From Pristiophorus japonicus (taxonomy: Eukaryota), in contig NC_091979.1 in the NCBI RefSeq assembly GCF_044704955.1, forward strand, positions 319,300,001-319,364,000: 64,000 nucleotides of DNA, in the 5' to 3' direction. A program made the translations under genes and the position numbers. The notes below the pieces were generated by a model, which saw nothing but the letters and a program-made list of their open reading frames with translations, was not told the DNA's origin and searched no databases. Positions within the stretch are counted from its first letter, which is position 1, and each line of letters opens with the position of its first letter. Shown piece after piece: positions 1-12,927 of the stretch.

Positions 1-1696
1 AATGGCTTACCCATAGCCATACAACTGGACACTGGCGCTAACCAAACCATCATGAGTAAAAAGATGTGTGAGAGACTGTGGTGCAACAAGGCATTCAGGC
101 CAGCCCTGAGCCCCATCCACATGAAACTGAGAACGTACACCAAAGAGCTTATCACTGTCCTGGGCAGCACCATGTTCAAGGTTACCTACAAGGGCACGGT
201 GCATGAACTGCCACTCTGGATTGTCCCGGGCGATGGCCCCACACTGCTTGGAAGAAGCTGGCTGGGCAAAATTCGCTGGAACTGGGTTGACATCCGAGCG
301 CTATCACATGTCGATGAGGCCTCATGTACCCAGGTTCTTAACAAATTTCCTTCCCTTTTTGAGCTAGGCATTGGAAACTTTTCCGGGGTGAAGGTGTGGA
401 TCCACTTGGTCCCAGAGGCACGACCCATTCACCACAAAGCGCGAACGGTACCTCACATGATGAGGGAGAGAGTGGAAATTGAGCTGGACAGGCTGCAACG
501 CGAGGCCATCATCTCCCCAGTGGAATTCAGCGAGTGGGCCAGCCCGATTGTTCCAGTACTCAAAAGTGATGGCACGGTCAGGATTTGCGACGATTATAAA
601 GTAACTATTAATCGTTTCTCGCTACAGGACCAATACCTGCTACGTAAGGGGCAGACGACCTATTTGAGACGATGGCAGGAGGCAAGACATTCACTAAGCT
701 ATACCTGACTTCGGCCTACATGACGCAGGAGCTGGAGGAGTCTTCGAAGGGCCTCACCTGCATCAACACGCACAAGGGACTGTTCATCTCCAACAGATGC
801 CCGTTTGGAATTCTGTCGGCTGCAGCGATCTTCCAGAGAAACATGGAGAGCCTTCTCAAGTTGGTACCACGCATGGTAGTTTTTCAGGACGACATATTGG
901 TCACGGGTCAGGACACCGTCGAGCACCTACAAAACCTGGAGCAGGTCCTCCAGCAACTGGATCGCGTAGGGCTGCGGCTGAAGAGGTCGAAATGCGTCTT
1001 CATGGCAACAGAAGTGGAGTTTTTGGGGAGAAAGATTGCATCGGATGGCATTCGGCCCACAGACGCCAAGACAAAGGCTATCAGGAATACGCCCAGGCCA
1101 CAGAACATCACAGAGCTGCGGTCGTTCCTGGGACTCCTCAACTATTTTGGTAACTTCCTATCGGGGTTAAGCACCCTTTTAGAGCCCCCACGCATGTGTT
1201 ATTGCGTAAAGGTGAGAACTGGGTATGGGGAAAAAACCAAGTAATTGCTTTTGAGAAAGCCAGAAACATTTTATGCTCCAAAAAGCTGCTTGTATTGTAT
1301 AACCCGTGTAAAAGACTTTAGCTAGCATGTGACACATCATCGTACAGAGTCGGGTGTGTATGACAACAAGCTAACGTTGCGGGGAAGTTGCAACCTGTCG
1401 GCTATGCTTCCAGGAGCTTGTCTAAGGTCGAGAGAGCCATCAGCATGATTGAGAAAGAGGCATTAGTGCATGTATTCGTTGTAAAGAAAATGCATCAGTA
1501 GCTGTTTGGCCTCAAATTTTAGCTGGAAACCGAACACAAGCTCCTCATATCCCTGTTTGCTGAAAACAAGGGGATAAATACTAATGCCTCAGCCCGCATA
1601 CAAAGGTGGGCACTCACGCTATCAGCGTATAACTATACCATCCGCCACAGTCCAGGCAGCGAGAACTGTGCAGTTGCTCTCAGTCGGCTACCATCG
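1..1696 (+). mobile_element. Gypsy/Ty3 LTR retrotransposon pol fragment (protease-RT-RNase H), frameshifted and truncated by CR1
   Basis: ORFs 52..708 (LWIVPGDGPTLLGRSWL, WASPIVPVLKSDGTVRICDDYK) and 672..1244 (RCPFGILSAAAIFQ, FQDD, LRSFLGLLNYF); RNase H-like LACDTSS/IEKEAL sequence follows. Confidence 0.92.
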
Positions 1697-2950
1697 GAAC
1701 ATAAGAACATAAGAATTAGGAACAGGAGTAGGTCATTTAGCCCCTCAAGCCTGCTCCGCCACTCAACAAGATCATGGCTGATCTAGCCGTGGACTCAACT
1801 CCACTTACCCGCCCGCTCCCCGTAACCCTTAATTCCCTTATTGGTTAAAATCTATCTATCTTTGACTTGAAAACATTCAATGAGCTAGCCTCAACTGCTT
1901 CCTTGGGCAGAGAATTCCACAGATTCACAACCCTCTGGGAGAAGAAATTCCTTCTCAACTTGGTTTTAAATTGGCTCCTCCATATTTTCAGGCTGTGCCC
2001 CCTAGTTCTAGTCTCCCCCACCAATGGAAACAACCTCTCTGCCTCTATCTTGTCTATCCCTTTCATGATTTTCAATGTTTCTATAAGATCACCCCTCATC
2101 CTTCTGAACTCCAACGACTAAAGACCCAGTCTACTTAATCTATCATCATAAGGTAACCCCCTCATCTCCGGAATCAGCCTAGTGAATCGTCTCTGTACCC
2201 CCTCCAAAGCTAGTATATCCTTCCTTAAGTAAGGTGACCAAAACTGCACACAGTACTCCAGGTGCGGCCTGACCAATACCCTGTACAGTTGCAGCAGGAC
2301 CTCCCTGCTTTTGTACTCCATCCCTCTCGCAATGAAGGCCAACATTCCATTCGCCTTCCTGATTACCTGCTGCACCTGCAAACTAACTTTTTGGGATTCA
2401 TGCACAAGAGTTTCATGCACAAGAACCCCCAGGTCCCTCTGCACCGCAGCATGTTGTAATTTCTCCCCATTCAAATAATATTCCCTTTTACTGTTTTTTT
2501 TTCCCCCAAGGTGGATGACCTCACACTTTCCGACATTGTATCCCATCTGCCAAACCTTAGCCTATTCGCTTAACCTATCTAAATCTCTTTGCAGCCTCTC
2601 TGTGTCCTCTACACAACCCGCTTTCCCACTAATCTTTGTGTCATCTGCAAATTTTGTTACACTACACTCTGTCCTCTCTTCCAGGTCATCTATGTATATT
2701 GTAAACAGTTGTGGTCCCAGCACCGATCCCTGTGGCACACCACTAAGCACCGATTTCCAACCCAAAAAGGACCCATTTATCCCGACTTTCTGCTTTCTGT
2801 TAGCCAGCCAATTCTCGATCCATGCTGATACATTTGCTCTGACTCCGCGTACCTTTATCTTCTGCAGTAACCTTTTGTGTGGCACCTTATCAAATGCCTT
2901 TTGGAAATCTAAATACACCACATCCATCGGTACACCTCTATCCACCATGC
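1697..2950 (-). mobile_element. CR1 LINE 3' fragment (RT C-terminus, 3' UTR, microsatellite tail)
   Basis: ORFs with [43 protein letters not shown]; gaacataa tail at the left end. Confidence 0.95.
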
Positions 2951-3139
2951 ACCTTCCCTGCTGTCTCTCTGCACCTTCCCTGCTGTCTCTCACTATCCTT
3001 TAATATTTTTCCTGTGGTGTTTTGAATGCTGTGCTTCATCCCGATGTACCAAATAAACAAATTATTCATTTTAAGCAAGGAAATTTAATAAGCAAGCAGT
3101 TTTCATCCAAGTCCATAAAAGACATTAAAATATCAGGGC

Positions 3140-3625
3140 AGATGACCAAAAGCTTCAGCAAAGAGGTAGGATTTATGGAGCATCTTAAAAGAGGAGAGGA
3201 CGAGAGGCGGAGAGGTTATGGAAGGGAATTCCAGAGCAGAGGGCCCAGGCAGCTGAAGGCATGGGAGCCAATGGTGGAGCGATTAAAATCGGGGGCCAAT
3301 GGTGGAGCGATTAAAATCGGGGACCAATGGTGGAGCGATTAAAATCGGGGACCAATGGAGGAGCGATTAAAATCGGGGGCCAATGGTGGAGCGATTAAAA
3401 TCGGGGACCAATGGTGGAGCGATTAAAATCGGGGATCAATGGTGGAGCGATTAAAATCGGGGATCAATAGTGGAGCAATTAAAATCGGGGACCAATGGTG
3501 GAGCGATTAAAATCGGGGACACGCAAGAGGCCAGAATGGGAAGAGAGGAGAGATGTCGAAGGCTTCTCGGGCTGGAGGAGGCTGCAGAGATAGGGAGGGG
3601 TGTGACCATGGAGGGGTTTTAAAAT
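3140..3625 (-). mobile_element. Old L2-type LINE 3' fragment
   Basis: Minus-strand peptide ILKPLHGHTPPYLCSLLQP...SSHSGLLRVPDFNRSTIG, typical of the L2 ORF2 C-terminus. Confidence 0.65.
3268..3519. repeat. 28-bp tandem repeat (~9 copies) inside the L2 fragment
   Basis: Unit ccaatggtggagcgattaaaatcgggg(a/g). Confidence 0.95.
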
Positions 3626-4191
3626 CCTCTCTAATCTGGATCCTCTGGGGAACAACAGATACTCTCTAATGTGGCAAAAAACCCAGAATGACAATATTAT
3701 TCGGCAAAAAACTGTAATAATGTTAATTGTGATAAATAAAATTACGGAGAAGCACCTGGATAAATCAGCAGATGGATAATGGTAATACATTGCTCAATTT
3801 CTTATTGGTTCTTTTAAAGCTGCTTTCTGCTGATAAACTAACAATAGTCCTTTGATAACCTTTCTGATGGAATGGGGGAAACTGAGCTACACATCCAGAA
3901 AAAGCTGGTCAAAATTATTTCCAGGTTCAAGCAACTTTGGGCGATAGAACTGATCATCAAAATCAGAACAGGAACGGAACGGTGTTCTATACTCTGTCAC
4001 TCAGCAATGACCCCTAGTGCTGATAATCCTCAGGAAATACTGAAGCTGACACAATGTGCACCAGCCCCAGCATACTCGTGTGTTATCTCTCGATCTAATC
4101 CAGGGCTGTCCGCGGAACACATTAATCCCACCCACATTGCGCCTTTCTTCTGATTGCTGAGTTTGAAGCAGTGTCCGGGAGGATTGCGACT

Positions 4192-7100
4192 CCGCTCTGT
4201 GCCCTCACCAAACCCCCTCCCCCGCTCTGTGCCCTCACCAAACCCCCTCCCCCGCTCTGTGCCCTCACCAAACCCCCTCCCCCGCTCTGTGCCCTCACCA
4301 AACCCCCTCCCCCGCTCTGTGCCCTCACCAAACCCCCTCCCCCGCTCTGTGCCCTCACCAAACCCCCTCCCCCGCTCTGTGCCCTCACCAAACCCCCTCC
4401 CTCGCTCTGTGCCCTCACCAAAACCCCTCCCTCGCTCTGTGCCCTCACCAAACCCCCTCCCTCGATCTGTGCCCTCACCAAACCCCCTCCCTCGCTCTGT
4501 ACCCTCACCAAACCCCCTCCCCCGCTCTGTGCCCTCACCAAACCCCCTCCCCCGCTCTGTGCCCTCACCAAACCCCCTCCCTCGCTCTGTGCCCTCACCA
4601 AACCCCCTCCCTCGCTCTGTGCCCTCACCAAACTCCCTCCCTCGCTCTGTGCCCTCACCAAACCCCCTCCCTCGCTCTGTGCCCTCAGCAAACCCCCTCC
4701 CTCGCTCTGTGCCCTCACCAAACCCCCTCCCTCACTCTGTGCCCTCACCAAACTCCCTCCCTCGCTCTGTGCCCTCAGCAAACCCCCTCCCTCACTCTGT
4801 GCCCTCACCAAACTCCCTCCCTCGCTCTGTGCCCTCAGCAAACCCCCTCCCTCGCTCTGTGCCGTCATCAAACTCCCTCCCTCGCTCTGTGCCCTCACCA
4901 AACTCCCTCCCTCGCTCTGTGCCCTCATCAAACCCCCTCCCTCGCTCCGTGCTCTCACCAAACCCCCTCCCTCACTCCGTGCCCTCATCAAACTCCGTCC
5001 CTCACTCCGTGCCCTCATCAAAACCCCTCCCTCGCTCTGTGCCCTCACCAAACACCCTCCCTCGATCTGTGCCCTCACCAAACCCCCTCCCTCGCTCCGT
5101 GCTCTCACCAAACCCCCTCCCTCACTCTGTGCCCTCACCAAACTCCCTCCCTCGATCTGTGCCCTCACCAAACCCCCTCCCTCGATCTGTGCCCTCACCA
5201 AACCCCCTCCCTCGATCTGTGCCCTCACCAAACCCCCTCCCTCGATCTGTGCCCTCACCAAACCCCCTCCCTCGATCTGTGCCCTCACCAAACCCCCTCC
5301 CTCGATCTGTGCCCTCACCAAACCCCCTCCCTCGCTCTGTGCCCTCACCAAACCCCCTCCCTCGCTCTGTGCCCTCACCAAACCCCCTCCCTCGCTCCGT
5401 GCCCTCATCAAAACCCCTCCCTCGCTCTGTGCCCTCACCAAACCCCCTCCCTCGATCTGTGCCCTCACCAAACCCCCTCCCTCGCTCCGTGCTCTCACCA
5501 AACCCCCTCCCTCACTCTGTGCCCTCACCAAACTCCCTCCCTCGATCTGTGCCCTCACCAAACCCCCTCCCTCGATCTGTGCCCTCACCAAACCCCCTCC
5601 CTCGATCTGTGCCCTCACCAAACCCCCTCCCTCGATCTGTGCCCTCACCAAACCCCCTCCCTCGATCTGTGCCCTCACCAAACCCCCTCCCTCGATCTGT
5701 GCCCTCACCAAACCCCCTCCCTCGCTCTGTGCCCTCACCAAACCCCCTCCCTCGCTCTGTGCCCTCACCAAACCCCCTCCCTCGCTCTGTGCCCTCACCA
5801 AACCCCCTCCCTCGCTCTGTGCCCTCACCAAACTCCCTCCCTCGCTCTGTGCCCTCACCAAACCCCCTCCCTCGCTCTGTGCCCTCAGCAAACCCCCTCC
5901 CTCGCTCTGTGCCCTCACCAAACCCCCTCCCTCACTCTGTGCCCTCACCAAACTCCCTCCCTCGCTCTGTGCCCTCAGCAAACCCCCTCCCTCACTCTGT
6001 GCCCTCACCAAACTCCCTCCCTCGCTCTGTGCCCTCAGCAAACCCCCTCCCTCGCTCTGTGCCCTCACCAAACCCCCTCCCTCGATCTGTGCCCTCACCA
6101 AACCCCCTCCCTCGCTCTGTGCCCTCACCAAACCCCCTCCCCCGCTCTGTGCCCTCACCAAACCCCCTCCCCCGCTCTGTGCCCTCACCAAACCCCCTCC
6201 CTCGCTCTGTGCCCTCACCAAACCCCCTCCCTCGCTCTGTGCCCTCACCAAACTCCCTCCCTCGCTCTGTGCCCTCACCAAACCCCCTCCCTCGCTCTGT
6301 GCCCTCAGCAAACCCCCTCCCTCGCTCTGTGCCCTCACCAAACCCCCTCCCTCACTCTGTGCCCTCACCAAACTCCCTCCCTCGCTCTGTGCCCTCAGCA
6401 AACCCCCTCCCTCACTCTGTGCCCTCACCAAACTCCCTCCCTCGCTCTGTGCCCTCAGCAAACCCCCTCCCTCGCTCTGTGCCGTCATCAAACTCCCTCC
6501 CTCACTCTGTGCCCTCACCAAACTCCCTCCCTCGCTCTGTGCCCTCATCAAACCCCCTCCCTCGCTCCGTGCTCTCACCAAACCCCCTCCCTCACTCCGT
6601 GCCCTCATCAAACTCCGTCCCTCACTCCGTGCCCTCATCGAAACCCCTCCCTCGCTCTGTGCCCTCACCAAACCCCCTCCCTCGATCTGTGCCCTCACCA
6701 AACCCCCTCCCTCGCTCCGTGCTCTCACCAAACCCCCTCCCTCACTCTGTGCCCTCACCAAACTCCCTCCCTCGATCTGTGCCCTCACCAAACCCCCTCC
6801 CTCGATCTGTGCCCTCACCAAACCCCCTCCCTCGATCTGTGCCCTCACCAAACCCCCTCCCTCGATCTGTGCCCTCACCAAACCCCCTCCCTCGATCTGT
6901 GCCCTCACCAAACCCCCTCCCTCGATCTGTGCCCTCACCAAACCCCCTCCCTCGCTCTGTGCCCTCACCAAACCCCCTCCCTCGCTCTGTGCCCTCACCA
7001 AACCCCCTCCCTCGCTCTGTGCCCTCACCAAACCCCCTCCCTCGCTCTGTGCCCTCACCAAACTCCCTCCCTCGCTCTGTGCCCTCACCAAACCCCCTCC

Positions 7101-7920
7101 CTCGCTCTGTGCCCTCAGCAAACCCCCTCCCTCGCTCTGTGCCCTCACCAAACCCCCTCCCTCACTCTGTGCCCTCACCAAACTCCCTCCCTCGCTCTGT
7201 GCCCTCAGCAAACCCCCTCCCTCACTCTGTGCCCTCACCAAACTCCCTCCCTCGCTCTGTGCCCTCAGCAAACCCCCTCCCTCGCTCCGTGCTCTCACCA
7301 AACCCCTCCCTCACTCCGTGCCCTCATCAAACTCCGTCCCTCACTCCGTGCCCTCATCAAAACCCCTCCCTCGCTCTGTGCCCTCACCAAACCCCCATCT
7401 CGCTCGGTGCTCTCACCAAACCCCCTCCCTCGCTCCGTGCCCTCACCAAACCCCCTCCCTCACTCTGTGCCCTCACCAAACCCCCTCCCTCACTCCGTGC
7501 CCTCACAAAACCCCCTCCCTCGCACCGTGCCCTCACCAAACCCCCTCCCTCGCTCGGTGCTCTCACCAAACCCCCTCCCTCACTCCGTGCCCTCACCAAA
7601 CCCCCTCCCTCACTCTGTGCCCTCACCAAACCCCCTCCCTCGCTCTGTGCCCTCACAAAACCCCCTCCCTCGCACCGTGCCCTCACCAAACCCCCTCCCT
7701 CGCTCTGTGCCCTCACCAAACCCTCTCCCCCGCTCCGTGCCCTCACCAAACCCCCTCCCTCGTTCTGTGCCCTCACCAAACCCCCTCCCTCGCTCCATGC
7801 CCTGACCAAACCCCCCTCCCCCGCTCCATGCCCTAACCAACGCCCCCCCCGCCCCCTGCTCTGTACCCTCACCAAACCTCACCCCCCTACCCCAGCTGTG
7901 GGCCCTCACCAAACCTCCCC
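4192..7920. repeat. ~3.7-kb 30-bp minisatellite (~120 units)
   Basis: Unit gccctcaccaaaccccctccctcgctctgt in exact 30-bp phase for ~3.1 kb, degenerating at the right end. Confidence 0.98.
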
Positions 7921-8393
7921 TCCCCACTGCTGATGCCCCACTCAGCAGTAACCAGACTGTCTTGTGGAGGGGAGAGAGACACTTGGTCCTCAATATTAAC
8001 CCCCTCCCCTATGACGGGAGGGAGAGGGTCAGAGGAGTGTGAAAGACTTAAATACAGAGAACGTGTCCCCAACACATGGTGCCTTATATTCGCCGGCGGA
8101 CTTCGGGGTGAGTAAGTGCCTCACTGTGGAGAGCCAGGACATTTTATTAACATATTTAAATCGGGCTCCCACAGTGCAACACGCTGCTGATGAGCAGGTT
8201 TCCAAGGGGTCGGGAAACTCGGCAGTGGAAGGGAAGCGGGAACTGTCAGCTCCACAAGTTATGTGTCTTTCTCATCATTCCTTGTGGGCCAGGACCTAAC
8301 AAGGAAACATCTTGCCTCCCCTTTCCCGAGTACCTAGCACCCTCCCCATCGCAGCCTCTCCCCCCTCCACATCGCAGCCTCTCTCCCCCTCCC

Positions 8394-9129
8394 CATCACC
8401 TATGGAAACTATGCCTGGGTATATTATCACATGGGCCAACTGACAGAGGCCCAGTCCTACCTCGACAAGCTGGAGATGATCTGTAAACAATTTACTGATG
8501 GCTCTCGGTATACAGCACTGATACCTGAAGTATACGGGGAGAAGGGTTGGTCACTGTTGAGTTCTGCCGCTCAATGCTATGAAGAGGCAAAGGAATGTTT
8601 TGAGAAGGCTCTGGAGGAAGATTCTGATGACACTGAATGGAACGTTGGCTATGCGACTGCTCTGTTTTGTCTGGAAGGGTTTTCTGGTACCCCAGAGAGT
8701 GGTGACCGCAGCCAATCAGTGAAGCGGTTACAACGTGTGCTGGAACTTGATCCAGATGACTCTGTAACCATGGTGATGTTGGCTCTAAAACTGCAAGAGT
8801 TCAATCAAAAGGAGGCAGCACTCAGGAGTTCAATCAAAAGGAGGAAGTTGACCAAGCATTGCAGAAGTCTCCTGATCTTCCATATGTAACTCGTTATGCA
8901 GCAACATTTCTGAGAAGAGAAGATGTGGAAAAAGCTGTGGAGCTGTTGAAGAATGCATTAGAAATTACCCCAAACTCTCCCTTCTTACACCACCAAATAG
9001 GTCTGTGTTACAGAAAGCGACTACTTCAACTGATCAAATATCCAGGCAGCAGAGACCCTCGCAATCCTGCTTTTCAACAGAAAGCTGAGTTGATCAATCA
9101 ATGCAAGTACTATTTTCAAATGGCATTTA
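8394..9129 (+). pseudogene. IFIT: IFIT-family (interferon-induced TPR protein) pseudogene fragment, copy 1
   Basis: Translation ITYGNYAWVYYHMGQLTEAQSYLDKLE...EKGWSLL...YEEAKECFEKALEEDSDD...PYVTRYAA...LHHQIGLCYRK; N-terminus missing; internal duplication and frameshift at ~8797-8845; cut by a CR1 tail at 9130. Confidence 0.88.
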
Positions 9130-9355
9130 ACATAGAAACATAGAAACATATAAATTTACAATGTACCACACTCCAACCGGCCGTTAGTGAAGATCTCCTG
9201 GTGAATGGCGGAGTGATTGAGAAAGTTCCACAGCGGGAAGGAAACAAGGATTGTGGACTGAGGAACAACAGCAGGTGAACCAGCACAGGATTGTGAGAGC
9301 ACCAACCAGTGAGCCCCTTCCGTTTGAAAGCGCTTCAATAGATCGACTGGGGAGA

Positions 9356-10225
9356 AAGGAGGTGCGTGGAGAGGCGGGATTTCCGGGGATCAGAGAGGCC
9401 TACAAAAGGCCAGTGAGACTGGGAGCAGCGTCGAGGAGGTACGTGGAGAGGCGGGATTTCCGGGGATCGGAGAGGCCGACACAAGGCCAGTGAGACCGGG
9501 AGCAGCATCGAGGAGGTACGTGGAGAGGCGAGAGTTCCGGGGATCGGAGAGGCCGACACAAGGCCAGTGAGACCGGGAGCAGCATCGAGGAGGTACGTGG
9601 AGAGGCGGGAGTTCCGGGGATCGGAGAGGCCTACACAAGGCCAGTGAGACCGGGAGCAGCGTCGAGGAGGTATGTGGAGAGGCGGGAGTTCCGGGGATCG
9701 GAGAGGCCTACACAAGGCCAGTGAGACCAGGAGCAGCGTCGAGGAGGTATGTGGAGAGGCGGGAGTTCCAGGGATCGGAGAGGCCTACACAAGGCCAGTG
9801 AGACCAGGAGCAGCATCGAGGAGGTGCGTGGAGAGGCGGGAGTTCCGGGGATCGGAGAGGCCTACACAAGGCCAGTGAGACCAGGAGCAGCGTCGAGGAG
9901 GTATGTGGAGAGGCGGGAGTTCCAGGGATCGGAGAGGCCTACACAAGGCCAGTGAGACCAGGAGCAGCGTCGAGGAGGTGCGTGGAGAGGCGGGAGTTCC
10001 GGGGATCGGAGAGGCCTACACAAGGCCAGTGAGACCAGGAGCAGCACCGAGGAGGTGCGTGGAGAGGCGGGAGTTCCGGGGATCGGAAAGGCCTACACAA
10101 GGACAGTGAGACCTGGAGCAGCGTCGAGGAGGTGCGTGGAGAGGCGGGAGTTCCGGGGATCGGAGAGGCCTACACAAGGACAGTGAGACCTGGAGCAGCG
10201 TCGAGGAGGTCCGTGGAGAGGCGTG
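9356..10225. repeat. 77-bp tandem repeat (~11 copies) in the CR1 5' UTR
   Basis: gaggaggt recurs at 9433, 9510, 9587...; CpG-rich unit. Confidence 0.95.
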
Positions 10226-10407
10226 GCTTGTCCAGTTACAAGGGGAAGGCAAAAAAGAAGCAGAAAGAAATAGAAAGGTGACGTCACACCCAAGGGGGTA
10301 AGTGATTGGCTGGTGATTGGTAAGTAGTTTTTCTTTTTTCTCTTCTATATCAGGAAGTATCCTTTAGCATTGTTGTTGTCAATTTAAGTTAATCTAAGGG
10401 TTAAGTC

Positions 10408-11357
10408 ATGGCAGGAGAGCTTGGACACGTGTTATGCTCCTCCTGTACTATGTGGGAAATCAGAGACGCCTCCGGTGTCCCTGACGACTATGTGTGCGGG
10501 AAGTGTATCCGCGTCCAGCTCCTGGCGGACTGCGTTGTGGAATTGGAGCTGGAGGTGGATTCACTCTGGAGCATCCACGATGCTGAGAATGACGTGAATA
10601 GCACGTTTAGTGAGTTGGTCTTACCGCAGGTAAAGGGTCCACAGCCAGATAGGGAATGGAAGACCAACAGGAAGAGCAGTGAAAGGAAGGTAGTGCAGGG
10701 ATCCCCTGCGGTTATCCCCCTGCAAAACAGATACACTGCTTTAAGTGCTATTGGGGGGGATGACTCATCAGGGGGGAGCAGCAGCAGCCAAGTTCATGGC
10801 ACCGTTGGTGGCTCTGTTGCACAGGAGGGCAGGAAAAAGAGTGGGAGAGCAATAGTGATAGGGGATTCAATTGTAAGGGGAATAGATAGGCGTTTCTGCG
10901 GCCACAACCGAGACTCCAGGATGGTATGTTGCCTCCCTGGTGCAAGGGTCAAGGATGTCTCGGAGCGGGTGCAGGACATTCTGAAAAGGGAGGGTGAACA
11001 GCCAGTTGTCGTGGTGCATATAGGTACCAACGATATAGGTAAAAAAAATGGGATGAGGTCCTACGAGATGAATTTAAGGAGCTAGGAGCTAAATTAAAAA
11101 GTAGGACCTCAAAAGTAGTAAACTCGGGATTGCTACCAGTGCCACGAGCTAGTCAGAGTAGGAATTGCAGGATAGCTCAGATGAATACGTGGCTTGAGCA
11201 GTGGTGCAGCAGGGAGGGATTCACATTCCTGGGGCATTGGAACCGGTTCTGGGGGAGGTGGGACCAGTACAAACCGGACGGTCTGCACCTAGGAAGGACT
11301 GGAACCAATGTCCTAGGAGGAGTGTTTGCTAGTGCTGTTGGGGAGGAGTTAAACTAA
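10408..11357 (+). pseudogene. CR1 ORF1p (zinc finger/leucine zipper + SGNH esterase), frameshifted at the A-run near 11041
   Basis: ORFs 10408..11085 and 11130..11357: VIGDSIVRG, CLPGARV, VVHIGTND, DGLHL. Confidence 0.9.
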
Positions 11358-12665
11358 TATGGCAGGGGGATGGGAACCAATGCAGGGAGACAGAGGGAAA
11401 CAAAATGGAGACAGAAGCAAAAGACAGAAAAGAGATGAGTAAAAGTGGAGGGCAGAGAAACCCAAGGCAAAAAACAAAAAGGGCCACTTTGCAGCAAAAT
11501 TCTAAAGGGTCTAAGTATGGTAAAAAGGCAAGCCTGAAGGCTCTGTGCCTCAATGCGAGGAGTATTCGGCATAAGGTGGACGAATTAACTGTGCAGATAG
11601 CAGTTACCGGATATCAGAATGGCAGGCAGTGACTAGTGGGGTACCGCAAGGTTCTGTGCTGGGGCCCCAGCTGTTTACATTGTACATTAACGATTTAGAC
11701 GAGGGGATTAAATGTAGTATTTCCAAATTTGCGGATGACACTAAATTGGGTGGCAGTATGAGCTGCGAGGAGGATGCTATGAGGCTGCAGAGTGACTTGG
11801 ATAGGTTAGGTGAGTGAGCAAATGCATGGCAGATGAAGTATAATGTGGATAAATGTGAGGTTATCCACTTTGGTGGTAAAAACAGAGAGACAGACTATTA
11901 TCTGAATGGTGACAGATTAGAAAAGGAGAGGTGCAACGAGACCTGGGTGTCATGGTACATCAGTCATTGAAGGTTGGCATGCAGGTACAGCAGGCGGTTA
12001 AGAAAGCAAATGGCATGTTGGCCTTCATAGCGAGGGGATTTGAGTACAGGGGCAGGGAGGTGTTGCTACAGTTGTACAGGGCCTTGGTGAGGCCACACCT
12101 GGAGTATTGTGTACAGTTTTGGTCTCCTAACTTGAGGAAGGACATTCTTGCTATTGAGGGAGTGCAGCGAAGGTTCACCAGACTGATTCCCGGGATGGCG
12201 GGATTGACATATCAAGAAAGACTGGATCAACTGGGCTTGTATTCACTGGAGTTGAGAAGAATGAGAGGGGATCTCATAGAAACATTTAAAATTCTGATGG
12301 GTTTCGACAGGTTAGATGCAAGAAGAATGTTCCCAATGTTGGGGAAGTCCAGAACCAGGTGTCACAGTCTAAGGATAAGGGGTAAGCCATTTAGGACCGA
12401 GATGAGGAGAAACTTCTTCACCCAGAGAGTGGTGAACCTGTGGAATTCTCATCCACAGAAAGTTGTTGAGGCCAATTCACTAAATATATTCGAAAAGGAG
12501 TTAGATGTAGCCCTTACTATGAGGGGGATCAAGGGGTATGGCGAGAAAGCAGGAATGGGGTACTGAAGTTGCATGTTCAGCCTTGAACTCATTGAATGGC
12601 GGTGCAGGCTCGAAGGTCCGAATGCCCTACTCACGCACCTATTTTCTATCTTTCTATCTTTCTAT

Positions 12666-12927
12666 GAATCCCTGGCCCAAGACCGCCCTCAGTGGAGGAA
12701 GAGCATCCAGGAGGCCTCGAGTCTCGTCATCGAGAGCATGCAGAAACCAAGCACAGACAGTGGAAGGAGAGAGCGGCAAACCAGATTCCCTACCCACCCG
12801 TTCCTTCAACGACTGTCTGTCCCACCTGTGACAGAAACTGTAATTCCCATATTGGACTGGACAGTCACCTGAGAACTCACTTTTGGAGTGGAAGAAAGTC
12901 TTCCTCAATTTCGAGGGACTGCCTATA
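12666..12927 (+). mobile_element. RTE-type LINE 3' end
   Basis: ESLAQDRPQWRKSI and C2H2-like CPTCDRNCNSHIGLDSHLRTH; ends gagggactgccta; its (gat)n tail reappears at ~14692. Confidence 0.75.

Larger units (their letters stand above)
9200..12665 (+). mobile_element. Near-full-length CR1 LINE: 5' UTR monomer array, ORF1, internally deleted ORF2, 3' tail
   Basis: ORF1 CSSC..CGKC zinc finger/leucine zipper plus GDS esterase; ORF2 start (LKALCLNARSI) jumps to RT ([10 protein letters not shown]) at ~11605; tttctat tail; 5' boundary approximate. Confidence 0.9.

Noticed and set aside
4122-7933. 1000+ aa ORFs in three frames
   Set aside because: By-product of a stop-free 30-bp repeat; open on both strands with no domain or gene context
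8040-8115. TATA-like element and GTGAGT donor before IFIT copy 1
   Set aside because: Does not fit IFIT exon-1 structure and has no matching acceptor or convincing ORF
9356-10225. CRISPR-like periodicity
   Set aside because: No unique spacers, no cas genes, eukaryotic context
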